From contig CBDFLJ010000002.1 in assembly GCA_965248835.1 (NCBI GenBank), forward strand, positions 2,400,001 through 2,464,000: a stretch of 64,000 nt of DNA, in the 5' to 3' direction. Shown here one piece after another: positions 18,131 through 28,394 of this stretch (the first letter of the stretch is position 1; every line of letters begins with the position of its first letter). Position numbers and translations under genes: made by a program. The stretch comes from Alphaproteobacteria bacterium. GTDB lineage: Bacteria; Pseudomonadota; Alphaproteobacteria; MPNO01. The notes beneath the pieces are model-generated. The model was not told the DNA's origin, did not search any database, and was given only the letters and a program-made list of their open reading frames with translations.

Positions 18131-18379
18131 GTGGCGGAATTCTATCGTCCGGATCTCGGCGCCAATGCCGATGATCCGTTTGCCCGCGATGCCGACGGCA
18201 AGCTCGTGCGGCGCGGCTACTGGCTGGACATGGCCGACCGGTCTCTGGTGCTGGCGATGACCCAGGGGGTCGGCGCCAATCTGAGCGCCGATCAGAAGCG
18301 CGCCCATCTGGCGGATATCGGCCGGGACCATCTCATCGAGGCGGTCTGCGTCGTCGAGATCCTGCCGCCGGAGAAGTGA
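18131..18379 (+). CDS. Small hypothetical protein
   Basis: RBS GAGGAG, GTG start, GC3-biased codons, 82 aa; no recognisable family. Confidence 0.6.
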   Translation: MAEFYRPDLGANADDPFARDADGKLVRRGYWLDMADRSLVLAMTQGVGANLSADQKRAHLADIGRDHLIEAVCVVEILPPEK

Positions 18380-18469
18380 TCGCCGCGATCTGCACGAGCG
18401 ATCGGACCGGGCTTGAATTGCCGCTTTGGCGGCGTGTTTGCGATCATGGGACCGACCCCGACAAAGAAG

Positions 18470-19315
18470 ATGCCCGACGATCTCGAAGGCCTCAAACGCC
18501 ATATCGGAAACACCGCCGTCGCGCATGACGTCGCCGCCGCTTCCCAGGCCGGCAGGCTTGCCGCGACCCTGGGGGTCGCCCATCCGGCGCCCAATCCCGG
18601 CGATGCGTTGCCGCAGGGTTGGTACGGAATCTTTTTTCCGCCGCTCACGCCCACCGCCGGGCTGCGCGCCGACGGGCAGCCGGGCGAAGGGCTGGTGCCG
18701 CCGGTCCCGCTGCCGCGGCGGCGGCTGGAATCGGTGCGCGCGGTCTTCCACGAACCGATCCGGATCGGCGACCGGCTGAAAAAAATCTCCGAGGTCGCCG
18801 AAATCTCCGTCGAGGACCGCGGCGCCGGGCCGGTCGTCGGCGTGACGATCACCGAGACGATCACCGCGGAAGACAGGCTCTCGGTGGTCGAGCAGCGCGC
18901 GTTCCGGTTTTTCGGCGAGGCCGGGCCGGGCGCACCGGCCGAAGCGCCGTCGGTGCCGCAAGAGGCCGAATGGAGCCGGCGGATCGAGCCGGACCCGGTG
19001 ATGCTGTTCCGTCTGTCGGCGGTTCGGTTCAACAGCCACCGGGTGCATTACGACCGCGAATACGCCACCACGGTCGAAGGCATGCCGGGGCTTGCGGTGC
19101 CGATCACGCTGGTCTCCTCCCAGATGATCGAGATGCTGCGCGAGGCGCTGCCCGACCGGAGCCTGGCTTCGATCACCTACCGCTCGGTCAGACGGATCTT
19201 CGATCTCGGCGCCTACACCATCAACGGCGCGGCGGCGGACGGCGCGGCGGCGTTATGGGCGCGCGACCATGAGGACGCGCTCGCCGTGCTGGCGGAAGCG
19301 ACCTTCGCCGGCTGA
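18470..19315 (+). CDS. Double hot-dog dehydratase (mesaconyl-C4-CoA hydratase/HTD2-like)
   Basis: GD.LP.GW, L..DG, PP.PLPRR, PDPV.LFR.SA..FNSHR.HYDR.Y; alternative start 18446. Confidence 0.75.
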   Translation: MPDDLEGLKRHIGNTAVAHDVAAASQAGRLAATLGVAHPAPNPGDALPQGWYGIFFPPLTPTAGLRADGQPGEGLVPPVPLPRRRLESVRAVFHEPIRIGDRLKKISEVAEISVEDRGAGPVVGVTITETITAEDRLSVVEQRAFRFFGEAGPGAPAEAPSVPQEAEWSRRIEPDPVMLFRLSAVRFNSHRVHYDREYATTVEGMPGLAVPITLVSSQMIEMLREALPDRSLASITYRSVRRIFDLGAYTINGAAADGAAALWARDHEDALAVLAEATFAG

Positions 19316-19337
19316 GACGAGCGATCGCCGCCGGGCA

Positions 19338-21659
19338 TCATTGCGACAGCAAGCCGAGCACGCGCTGGGGTGTGATCGGCAGTTCGATCCCGGCGATGTC
19401 GAGCCCGAGCGCATCGATGACCGCGCCCGCGATGGCCGCCGGCGCGCCGATGGTGCCGCTCTCGCCCATGCCCTTGTAGCCGCCCTCGGTCAGCGGCGAG
19501 AGCGTTTGCTGGTGGACGATCCGCAAATCGGGCCCTTCGAAGGCGGCGGGGATCATGTAATCGGCAAACGAGCCGGTCTGGAGCTGCCCGTCCTGGTCGT
19601 AGTTGATCTCCTCCAGGAGCGCCGCCCCGATCCCCTGGACCACCGCTCCCTGGATCTGCGCCACGACGGTCTCCAGGTTCGCGATCCGGCCGCAATCCTC
19701 GGCGACGGTATAGCCGATCACCTCGACCTCGCCGGTTTCGGTGTCGACCTCCACGACGGCGATATGCACGGCCGAGGAGACCGCCGCACCCGGCGTGGTG
19801 AAACTTGCCGTGGTCATCAGCCCGTGCTCCAAGCCTTCGGGCAGCCCACCGACGGGCGCGTGTGCGAACGCGGCGATCTCCGCGAACGTCGCGAACCGGT
19901 TGCCGCCGGCGCTGAAGCGTCCGTCGGCATACGCGATCTCGCCCGGATCGACATCGAAGCGAATCGCGGCAAGCCGGGTCATTCGCTCGATCATCTTGCC
20001 GGCGGCACGCTGCAGCGCCCCGCCGCCCGAAACCAGCCCCCGGCTGCCGAACGCGCCGGAGCCGTGCGGCATCGCCGATGTGTCCGCGCACCGCACGGCG
20101 ACGGACTCCGCGGCGACCTCGAGTTTGCCGGCGAGGATGGCGCGCATCGAATTGAACGGGAGCTGGCCCATCGCCGGCACCGTGACGTAGGCCTCGACAT
20201 CGCCTGAGCGGGCGACGCGGATCTGCGCGGCATCGAAGGCCGGGATCTCGGACATGCCGCGGCTGCGGAAGACGCTGCACCCCATCCCCGTCGGCTCGAT
20301 GAAGCACGACAGGCCGATGCCGCGGCGGCGTCCGGGCCGCGCAGCGCCGCGCGGCTGTGCGGCGAGCCTCGCGTAACCGGCGGCATCCAGGGCCTTGTCC
20401 AGGAGCGCCGGATAGTCGCCGCTGTCCAGGATCGCCCCCGATGCGCTGCGGAAAGGATGGGCGTCGGGCTGGACCATGTTGCGCCGGCGGATCTCGGCAC
20501 GGTCGATGCCGGTGCGCCGGGCGAGCCCGTCCATCAGCCCCTCGGTCACCAGCGGCGCCAGGGCGAAGCCGACCCCGCGATAGGGACCGGTCGGGCACTT
20601 GTTGGTCGCCACCGCATGGCCGGTGTAGTCGTACCACGGCACGACATAGGGACCGGGCAGGCCGACGATGGCGGTGTGCGGCTCCAGCGCGCATCCCAGC
20701 GGATAGGGGGAATAGGCCCCCGAATCGCACCAGACCTGCGCGCGCAGGCCCAGGATGCGGCCGTCCTCCGTGGCGCCGAGCTCGGCTTCGATCACCGCGT
20801 CGCGGGCGTGATAGGCGGTCTGCAGGTGCTCGATCCGGTCCTGCGCCCACTTGACCGGCCGGCCAAGCCGCCGGGCCGCGAAGACCGTTACCACCTCTTC
20901 GGCATAAAGCGGCATCTTGACACCGAATCCGCCGCCGATATCGACCGGGATCACTCGGATCTTCGACTCCGCGATGTCGAGGAAGCGCGCCAGCCCGTCG
21001 CGCAGCATGTGCGGCGTCTGGCTCGGCGAATAGACGTCTGTCTGGTCCAGGCGCCGGTCATGGACGGCGACGCATCCGCCGCATTCGATCGGGGATGCGG
21101 CGACACGCGGATGGCGGAACCGGCCCGAAATCCGCACCGGCGCAACGGCGATCGGATCGGCCTCCGGATCGGTGACCATCCGGCTGCGGAACATCGTGTT
21201 GTCTTCGATCTCGGCATGCACCAGCGCCGCGCCGGGGGCAAGCGCCGCCTCGACATCGGCCACCACGGGCGCGGACCCGTAGCCGACCTCGATCAGCGCA
21301 CAGGCATCTTCGGCCCGGTAGAGATCGGTCGCAACGACGGCGGCCACCGGCTCGCCGACGAACCGGACCCGATCGACGGCGATCGCGGGCCAATCGGTCT
21401 CGCGATAGCTGTACCAGTCGGCTTCGTCCATGCGCGCGGCCATCGGCGCCACGCGGCCGGCAAGCGCCGCCCCGGTGAGGACCGCGATCACGCCCTCGGC
21501 CGCTTCGGCCGAACCGGTGTCGATCCCGATGATTTCCGCAGCCGCGAACGGGCTGCGCAAGAAGGCGATGTGAAGACAACCGGCCGGCGCGACGTCGTCG
21601 ATATAGCGGCCCCGTCCGGACAGCAACGGAACGCGCTCGTCGAGGGGATCGATGCTCAT
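19338..21659 (-). CDS. Xanthine dehydrogenase-family molybdopterin-binding large subunit
   Basis: LLSGRGRYIDD, VGEPVAAVVA, IGGGFGVK, active-site loop PYRGVG, KGMGESG. Confidence 0.9.
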   Translation of the reverse strand: MSIDPLDERVPLLSGRGRYIDDVAPAGCLHIAFLRSPFAAAEIIGIDTGSAEAAEGVIAVLTGAALAGRVAPMAARMDEADWYSYRETDWPAIAVDRVRFVGEPVAAVVATDLYRAEDACALIEVGYGSAPVVADVEAALAPGAALVHAEIEDNTMFRSRMVTDPEADPIAVAPVRISGRFRHPRVAASPIECGGCVAVHDRRLDQTDVYSPSQTPHMLRDGLARFLDIAESKIRVIPVDIGGGFGVKMPLYAEEVVTVFAARRLGRPVKWAQDRIEHLQTAYHARDAVIEAELGATEDGRILGLRAQVWCDSGAYSPYPLGCALEPHTAIVGLPGPYVVPWYDYTGHAVATNKCPTGPYRGVGFALAPLVTEGLMDGLARRTGIDRAEIRRRNMVQPDAHPFRSASGAILDSGDYPALLDKALDAAGYARLAAQPRGAARPGRRRGIGLSCFIEPTGMGCSVFRSRGMSEIPAFDAAQIRVARSGDVEAYVTVPAMGQLPFNSMRAILAGKLEVAAESVAVRCADTSAMPHGSGAFGSRGLVSGGGALQRAAGKMIERMTRLAAIRFDVDPGEIAYADGRFSAGGNRFATFAEIAAFAHAPVGGLPEGLEHGLMTTASFTTPGAAVSSAVHIAVVEVDTETGEVEVIGYTVAEDCGRIANLETVVAQIQGAVVQGIGAALLEEINYDQDGQLQTGSFADYMIPAAFEGPDLRIVHQQTLSPLTEGGYKGMGESGTIGAPAAIAGAVIDALGLDIAGIELPITPQRVLGLLSQ

Positions 21660-23119
21660 GCCGGCTCCACGTCATAGCTGTTCATCAGGCCGCTGAGAAT
21701 GTCGTCGAGCCCTTCCCAGTCGCAGACAAGGAAGCTGTAGAGGTTCATCACGAAACCGGGCCCGGCGTAGAATTTTTCGTACTGGGAATGCCGGCCGGCG
21801 AACTCGGAGCCCAGCAGGTCCCAGGCGAGCCGAAGCAGCTTCATGCGCTCCTTGGCGGTCTGGTCCGGCGCCGACCAGTAGGTTTCGAACTTCTCGGCCA
21901 GCTCCGGGTCGGCCAGCACCGAGGAATCGGCCGGCATCTGGAACGGCCCGCCGCCCATCAGCTCGCGCACCTGGTCGCAGATTTCCGAATAGTTGGTGGA
22001 GCACCAATGAAGCGCGGCATACATGTAGCGTCGGTTGACGGTCACGTAGCCGGAGCCCGGCACCATCTCTTCGCAGTCCAGGAGCTGGCCCCTGATCAGC
22101 CCTTCGAGCGTGGCGAGCTTGGCGGCAAGCTCGCCCATCACGCCCTGGACCGCGGGGATGTCGGCCGCATTGTTCATCTGCACGATGCGGTGGGCGACCG
22201 CGACGATCAGCTTGAGCTTCTCCAGGAAGCGGATATTGGCCTGGTGGTTGGCGAGCGAATGCCCGGGTGTCAGCGTGTAGATCGCCCGTGTCATCTCGAC
22301 GTCTTCGTGCAGGAAGACGTTCTCCCATGGCACATGGACGTCCTCGAACAGCACGGCCGCGTCGGTCTCGTCGAAGCGCCATGACAGCGGCATATCGAAT
22401 TCATTGATCGCGAACTTCTCGTATGGCTTGCGCGCCCAGATCGACACGCCCGGCGTTCCCAGCGGCACCGCGCAGGTAATGGCCTCCTTCTCCTGGCCCG
22501 GTGCGACGGGCTGCAGGTTGCCGACCCAGGTGGCATGGCAGAAGACCGCCGAAGTGCCGATCATCTTCAGCCCGTTGAGCGTCACCCCCGCGTCGTCCTC
22601 GGCCGTCACCCGCAGCGTCGGTGTCGGCCGGCCGGCATCGGTGAACGCCTTCGGCCGGCGGCTGACCTGCGGGTTTGTGACCGTGTGGGCGAGGAACAGG
22701 TCCTCCCGCCGCGCCTTCCTGTAGTAGGCGGTGAGGTTCGCGCCGGTGCCGGGCCGCAGGCTCTCGAACAGATCCGGCCTCGTGGCGAGCCCGCTCAGAT
22801 AGCTCGGGAAATTATCGGGCGAACGGCCAAGCAGGCCGTAGGACCACGAGGCGATCCGGCGATGGACCTCATAGCGGCGTTCCAGATCCGCGCGGCAGCG
22901 CGCCATCAGCCAATAGGCCGAATACGCCTCGCCATCCTCCTCGCACACCATCAGGTCGCGCTGATCCGGCGCGCGTTTCCTGTCGTAGATCTCGGCGAAG
23001 GACCGCGCCGCGTTGCGGAACGCCGGATGGGCCGTAACGTCCTCGATTCGCTCGCGCCCGACATAGACGCAGCGGCCGTCGCGCAGGCTCTCAAGGTATT
23101 CCTCACCGCTCAGCAGCAT
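21656..23119 (-). CDS. 4-hydroxyphenylacetate 3-hydroxylase (HpaB)-family flavin monooxygenase component
   Basis: GEEYLESLRDGR.VYV, GRSPD, RFDETDA...F.DV.VPWENVF, FAGRH.QYEKFYAG. Confidence 0.85.
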   Translation of the reverse strand: MLLSGEEYLESLRDGRCVYVGRERIEDVTAHPAFRNAARSFAEIYDRKRAPDQRDLMVCEEDGEAYSAYWLMARCRADLERRYEVHRRIASWSYGLLGRSPDNFPSYLSGLATRPDLFESLRPGTGANLTAYYRKARREDLFLAHTVTNPQVSRRPKAFTDAGRPTPTLRVTAEDDAGVTLNGLKMIGTSAVFCHATWVGNLQPVAPGQEKEAITCAVPLGTPGVSIWARKPYEKFAINEFDMPLSWRFDETDAAVLFEDVHVPWENVFLHEDVEMTRAIYTLTPGHSLANHQANIRFLEKLKLIVAVAHRIVQMNNAADIPAVQGVMGELAAKLATLEGLIRGQLLDCEEMVPGSGYVTVNRRYMYAALHWCSTNYSEICDQVRELMGGGPFQMPADSSVLADPELAEKFETYWSAPDQTAKERMKLLRLAWDLLGSEFAGRHSQYEKFYAGPGFVMNLYSFLVCDWEGLDDILSGLMNSYDVEPA

Positions 23120-23210
23120 CCCGACGACTCCACACAAACGCGATGGGCGAGCATAGGGCGAAGGCACCGGTGCTGCTACTCTGGCCGGCGGACAGCAAGG
23201 GAAGACGGGC

Positions 23211-24572
23211 GTGGACGAGGGACCGACCGGGGTGCTGGCGCGCTTTGCCGCATCGCTCGATCACGAGGCGATCCCGCCTTCCGTGCGCGAGGCTTGCAAG
23301 ACATTGCTGCTCGATGCGCTGGCCTGTGCGCTGGCGGGCCACAGGGGCGAGGAGACCGGCCAGATCGAGGCGATGGCCGCCGCACTCGGCCGGTCGCGCG
23401 AGGCGCGCGTCATCGGCGGCGATGCGTTGTCGCTCGCCGGTGCGGTGCTGCAGAACGGCTACCTGATCACCGCGACGACGATGTGCGACGTCCACCGCGA
23501 GACGCTGAGCCACATCACGCCGGAGATCATCCCGCCGGCGCTGGCGATCGCCGAGCGCGACGGCGCGTCGGGCCGGGCGCTGCTGACCGCGATCGCGGCC
23601 GGATGCGAGGTCGCGACCCGGGTGGGCATCGGCCTCGACTACCCCGTCTTCCGTGCCAAGGGCTGGCATGGGCCGGGTGTGATCGGGCCGTTCGGCGCGG
23701 CGGCTGCGGTGGGCAGCCTGCGCGGCTTCGACGGCACAGCCATGGCGCGTGCGTTCGGCCTGGCCGGCAGCCAGTCCGCCGGGACGTTCGCCGCCTGGGG
23801 AACCCCGACGGTGAAGTTCCACCAGTGCCGCGCCGCCTTGTCCGGGCTGATGGCCGCACTCCTGGCGGAACAGGGATTCGTTGCAACCGAGGAATTCCTG
23901 ACAGCGCCGGACGGCGGGCTCTACAACACCTATGCCGAGGGCGGCAGGCCGGAGGATGCGCTCGCCGGGCTCGGCACAAGCTGGGAGCTGACACGCATCG
24001 CGCTCCGGCTCTGGCCTGCGGCGACCGCGCTGCAGGCCGTCCTGACCGCGCTTGCGGCGCTGGAACAGATCGCATTTTCGGATATCGAGCAAGTCCGCAT
24101 CGGTCTCGGCCGTACGCCGTTCGAGATGCATGGCGGGTTCGCGGCCTACGCAGCGAAGTTCGAAGCGCTGCTGTCCGCCCACTACGTTGCCGCAGTCTAC
24201 CTGCGCGATCGGATGCTGACGCTCGATCAGTTCGAGCCTGCCTGCTACGACGACCCGGTGCTGCGCCGTTTCGCCGCCGGGAAGGTCGCGGTGGTCCACG
24301 ATTCAGCGCTTGCCGACGGCGAGGCCTTGGTCACGTTGACCACCACGGACGGGCGCGCGCTTGCCGCCCGGTGCGAGCATCCGCTGGGAAGCCCGGAGAA
24401 TCCGCTTTCGCGCGGCCGGATCGAGGAAAAGTTCCGCATCTATGGCGGCCCCCGCCTGGGTGCGGAGCGCGCCGAGGCCGTGATCGCCGCGGTCGGGGAA
24501 CTCGAAAATCTCCCTTCGGCGGCAGACCTCACGGAAATTCTCGGCACACCGCTCAAAGCGCCCGGCCGATGA
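23211..24572 (+). CDS. MmgE/PrpD family protein
   Basis: LLLDALACALAG, H..PEIIPPALA, GWH, AFGLAGSQSAG, G.PENPLS...IEEKF. Confidence 0.85.
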   Translation: MDEGPTGVLARFAASLDHEAIPPSVREACKTLLLDALACALAGHRGEETGQIEAMAAALGRSREARVIGGDALSLAGAVLQNGYLITATTMCDVHRETLSHITPEIIPPALAIAERDGASGRALLTAIAAGCEVATRVGIGLDYPVFRAKGWHGPGVIGPFGAAAAVGSLRGFDGTAMARAFGLAGSQSAGTFAAWGTPTVKFHQCRAALSGLMAALLAEQGFVATEEFLTAPDGGLYNTYAEGGRPEDALAGLGTSWELTRIALRLWPAATALQAVLTALAALEQIAFSDIEQVRIGLGRTPFEMHGGFAAYAAKFEALLSAHYVAAVYLRDRMLTLDQFEPACYDDPVLRRFAAGKVAVVHDSALADGEALVTLTTTDGRALAARCEHPLGSPENPLSRGRIEEKFRIYGGPRLGAERAEAVIAAVGELENLPSAADLTEILGTPLKAPGR

Positions 24573-25698
24573 TGTGCTTCATGATCTCGTTGGTGCCGGC
24601 ATAGATCCGGTGGACTCGCGCGTCGGCCCAGGCGCGCGCGATCGGGTATTCCCACATGTAGCCGTTGCCGCCGTGGAGCTGGACGCAGCGATCGAGCACC
24701 TTGTCGGCCAGCTCGGTGGTGGCGAGCTTGGCCATCGCCGCGACCTCGGCGGTCAGCATGTCTTCCGCGACGGCAGCGATGCAGCGGTCGACGAAGGGGC
24801 GCATAGCGGCGCACGCGGTCGCGAGATCGGCCAGGGTGAACTGGGTGTTCTGGAAATCGAACACCGGCCGGTCGAAGGCCTTGCGCGACTTGGTGTAGTC
24901 GATCGTCTGTTCGAGCGCGGTCTCGGCGATCGCCATCGAGCGGACCGCGACGACCATGCGTTCACGCGCGAGCCCGGCCATGAGCTGGCGCCAGCCGTTC
25001 TCGTCGCCGCCGAGCAGGGCCGCGGTCGGCAGGCGCATGTCGTCGAAGAACAGCTCGGCCGTGTCCTGCGCCTTGTTGCCCACCTTCTTGAGTACTCGGC
25101 CACGGCGGAAGCCCTCGGTGTCGGTCGGCACCAGGAACAGCGCCACGCCCTGCGCGCCCAGCTCCGGGTCGGCCGAGGCAGCGAGCAGGACCGCATCGGC
25201 GATGTGGCCGTTGGTGATGAAGGTCTTCGCACCGTTGATCACATAGCCGTTGCCTTCGCGCCGCGCGGTGGTACGGATGCCCGCCAGGTTGCTGCCGCCA
25301 TCGGGCTCGGTCAGCCCGAGGCCGAAGATCGCCTCACCGGCGGCCATCCTGGGCAGCCATTCGCGCCTCTGATCCTCGCTCGCATGCGCGACAAGCATGG
25401 GCGCGATGATGTGGCCGTGCATATCCCAGGCCGGCGCCGCCAGGCCGTGCCGGCCGAGCTCCTCGATGACCACCGCATCCCACAGGAAATCGCCCCCCGC
25501 GCCGCCATAGGCCTCGGGCACGCTGGTCCCAAGGAGGCCCATCTCGCCCGCCCGACGCCAGATCCCGCGCGGCGTCCGACCCTGTTCCTCCCAGCTCTCA
25601 TAATGGGGCACGACCTCGGCGGCGAAGAACGCGCGCACGCTGTCGCGAAAGATCTCATGATCGGGTGAGAACAGCGTTCGTTCCAGTCCGGGGATCAT
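24553..25698 (-). CDS. Acyl-CoA dehydrogenase
   Basis: LTEPDGGSNL, INGAKTFITNG, QDTAELFFDD, QLHGGNGYMWEYPIARAWADARV.RIYAGTNEIMK. Confidence 0.9.
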   Translation of the reverse strand: MIPGLERTLFSPDHEIFRDSVRAFFAAEVVPHYESWEEQGRTPRGIWRRAGEMGLLGTSVPEAYGGAGGDFLWDAVVIEELGRHGLAAPAWDMHGHIIAPMLVAHASEDQRREWLPRMAAGEAIFGLGLTEPDGGSNLAGIRTTARREGNGYVINGAKTFITNGHIADAVLLAASADPELGAQGVALFLVPTDTEGFRRGRVLKKVGNKAQDTAELFFDDMRLPTAALLGGDENGWRQLMAGLARERMVVAVRSMAIAETALEQTIDYTKSRKAFDRPVFDFQNTQFTLADLATACAAMRPFVDRCIAAVAEDMLTAEVAAMAKLATTELADKVLDRCVQLHGGNGYMWEYPIARAWADARVHRIYAGTNEIMKHIIGRAL

Positions 25699-25852
25699 TC
25701 CGTACCGACCTTTCGTCTGGCCATATATCGGCCGCCATTCTAGCGCGAGGGAGGACCGGGCGGGCGGCGATCAGCCGGACGGCCGATTGGCCTTGCCCGC
25801 CGTTCGCGGCTTCGCGTAGGCTTCGGCCCCGGGGCAAGGATCGGGACGGACC

Positions 25853-26578
25853 ATGGCGCAGGACTCGAAGGACGCGACCATCGTGGTCACCGGCGCGGGC
25901 AGCGGCATCGGATACGCCGTCACCCGCCGGCTGCTCGATGCCGGGTATGCGGTTTCGGCCTGGGATGTCGCGGAGGGCAAGCTCGCCGGCGCCAACGATG
26001 CCGGGCTCGCCTTCCACGAGATCGACGTCCGCGACAAGGCGGCGATGGACAGTGTCGTCGCCGGAATCCGCACCCCGATTGCCGGGCTGGTCAACTGCGC
26101 GGCGATCTACAAGCCGGTGCCGTTCCTCGAGCTCGACGAGGCGAGCTGGGACACCCATCTGGGCATCAACCTCAAGGGCACGCTGCTCGCCAGCCAAGCG
26201 GTGCTGCCGCTTATGCGGGCCCGCAAGTCGGGCGCGATCGTGATGTTTTCCTCGGGCATCGCACGCACCGGCGCGCGCCACGGCACCGCCTATGCCGCGA
26301 CCAAAGGCGGCGTTCTGGGCCTTGCCCGCGGCATGGCCCTGGACGTCGCGGCCGACAATATCAGGGTCAACGTGATCTCGCCCGGGGTGACCGATACGCC
26401 GCAGCCGCGCGGCCACCGATCCCAGGCCGATCTCGATGCGATGGCCGCGGCCAACCCGATGGGCCGGATCGGCGCGCCAGAGGACATGGCCGAAGCGGCG
26501 CTGTTCCTGCTGGAAGACGACAGTTCCTTCATCACCGGCCAGGACATCCGGGTCAACGGCGGCGGGATGCTGATCTGA
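25853..26578 (+). CDS. Short-chain dehydrogenase/reductase
   Basis: TGAGSGIG, YAATK, VNVISPG, ITGQ...VNGG. Confidence 0.9.
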   Translation: MAQDSKDATIVVTGAGSGIGYAVTRRLLDAGYAVSAWDVAEGKLAGANDAGLAFHEIDVRDKAAMDSVVAGIRTPIAGLVNCAAIYKPVPFLELDEASWDTHLGINLKGTLLASQAVLPLMRARKSGAIVMFSSGIARTGARHGTAYAATKGGVLGLARGMALDVAADNIRVNVISPGVTDTPQPRGHRSQADLDAMAAANPMGRIGAPEDMAEAALFLLEDDSSFITGQDIRVNGGGMLI

Positions 26579-27321
26579 TGGGCACAGCAATCGTGACAGG
26601 CGCAGCCAGCGGCATCGGACGGGCCACGGCGGAGCGGCTGGCCAGGCGCATGACGGTCGCTGCGGCCGACCGGGACACGGCCGGACTCGCCCGGACGGTG
26701 GACGCGATCGAGGCCGAGGGCGGCAAGGCCATCCCGATCGAGGTTGACGTCGCCGACGGGAAATCGGTGCGCGACATGATGGAACAGGTCGATGCGATCG
26801 GCGATCCGGTCGAGGCCGCCCTCCTCGCCGCCGGCATCTTCATCAAGGGCCCGGTCGATACGATTACCGAAGACGACTGGGACCGGATGATCGACACCCA
26901 CGCCAAGGGCACGTTTCTGTGCTGCCAGGCGGTGCTGTCGCGCATGGTGCCGCGCGGCGCGGGCGCGATCGTGACCATGTCCTCGGACTTCGCGGTGATG
27001 GCGGTACCCAACGGGGCCGCCTATTGCGCGGCCAAGTCGGCGATCTATTCGATGACCAAGTCTCTGGCGCTCGAGTTCGCCGGCAACGGCATCAGGGTGA
27101 ATACGCTGGGACCCGGGCCGATCGACACGCCGATCCTGCGCTCGGGCCGCAGCGAGGACGAATACCGGCAGGCCCGGGTGTCGATCGCCGAGCGCCTGCC
27201 CTTGGGCCGGCTCGGCCGGCCCGAGGAAGTCGCCGCGTGCGCCGATTTCCTGCTGAGCGAGCGGGCATCCTACATCAACGGCCAGATCATCCACCCCAAC
27301 GGCGGCCAGCAGACCTGGTAG
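26578..27321 (+). CDS. Short-chain dehydrogenase/reductase
   Basis: TGAASGIG, YCAAK, GIRVN.LGPG; TGATG coupling to the upstream SDR. Confidence 0.9.
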   Translation: MGTAIVTGAASGIGRATAERLARRMTVAAADRDTAGLARTVDAIEAEGGKAIPIEVDVADGKSVRDMMEQVDAIGDPVEAALLAAGIFIKGPVDTITEDDWDRMIDTHAKGTFLCCQAVLSRMVPRGAGAIVTMSSDFAVMAVPNGAAYCAAKSAIYSMTKSLALEFAGNGIRVNTLGPGPIDTPILRSGRSEDEYRQARVSIAERLPLGRLGRPEEVAACADFLLSERASYINGQIIHPNGGQQTW

Positions 27322-27331
27322 GCATACTGCG

Positions 27332-28363
27332 ATGCGCCTGGGGATCTGGACACCGTTGCCGCACACCGTCCGGGTCGAGCCCGAGATGGCGGTTGCGATC
27401 GAGGAGCTGTCCCACCAGGGAAAGGGCGGGGCGTCGGACCGTTCGCTGGGCCTTGCGCTCGCGCTGGTCAAGCGGGCCGAGGAGTTGGGTTTCGCGACCA
27501 CCCTGATCGCCGAGCGCCACCTGGGGCCGGATCTCGAGGCCTGGATCATGGCCGCGGCGATGATCGCCGAGACCTCCACCATCGAGCTGATGGTTGCGGC
27601 CCATCCCGGCATCGTCCACCCCCAGCTCGCGGCCAAGATGGGGGCGAGTCTGGACCGCATCAGCGGCGGACGGTTCGCGATCAACGTGGTCAACGGCTGG
27701 TTCCAGAAGGAGTTCGAGGTCTTCGGCAACGATTCCTGGCTCGACCACAGCGAGGCGCGCTATTGCCGCATGGGCGAGTTCATGCAGGTCCTCAAGGGGC
27801 TGTGGTGCGAGGACGGCTTCGACTTCGACGGCGCCTATTTCCGGCTCGTCGACGCGGTCCTGCCGATCAAGACCCTCCAGGTCCCCAACCCGCCGATCTA
27901 TGCCGCAAGCAGCGCCCGGCAAGGAATGGATCAGGTCGCCCGCCACGCCGATGTCTGGTTCGTCGGCTACGAGCCCGGCTTCGACAGCGCCGCGCAGAAT
28001 ATCGAGCGCATCGCCCGCGACGTCGCGCACATGCGCGAACGCAGCGCCGCGTACGGCCGCACGTTGCGGTTCGGAATCAGCGCCCACGTGATCTGCACCG
28101 AGAACCGCAAGGAGGCCGTCAGCCAGGCCCGCGCGCTGGAGGCCTACGGCGCGCAGGACCGGATCGCTCTGGTCGCGGCCAAGGGCCTCGGGGCGGGACT
28201 CGTCGGCACGCCCGATGACATTGTCGAACGCCTGAGCGCGCTCCATCAGATCGGCATCGAGACCCCGATGGTCCATTTCTACCCGATGCGCGACGGGCTG
28301 GAGACATTCGCCAGGGAGATCGTGCCGCGCCTGCCGAATTCGCAACCCTCGGGGTGCGGGTGA
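27332..28363 (+). CDS. Luciferase-like (LLM, SsuD/SfnG-type) flavin-dependent monooxygenase
   Basis: AEELGF..TLIAER, AAKMGASLDRISGGRFAINVV.GW...EF, LVGTP..IVE. Confidence 0.85.
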   Translation: MRLGIWTPLPHTVRVEPEMAVAIEELSHQGKGGASDRSLGLALALVKRAEELGFATTLIAERHLGPDLEAWIMAAAMIAETSTIELMVAAHPGIVHPQLAAKMGASLDRISGGRFAINVVNGWFQKEFEVFGNDSWLDHSEARYCRMGEFMQVLKGLWCEDGFDFDGAYFRLVDAVLPIKTLQVPNPPIYAASSARQGMDQVARHADVWFVGYEPGFDSAAQNIERIARDVAHMRERSAAYGRTLRFGISAHVICTENRKEAVSQARALEAYGAQDRIALVAAKGLGAGLVGTPDDIVERLSALHQIGIETPMVHFYPMRDGLETFAREIVPRLPNSQPSGCG

Positions 28364-28394
28364 CGGCCGGCCGCGCGTTCGATAAGGTGGGCGC

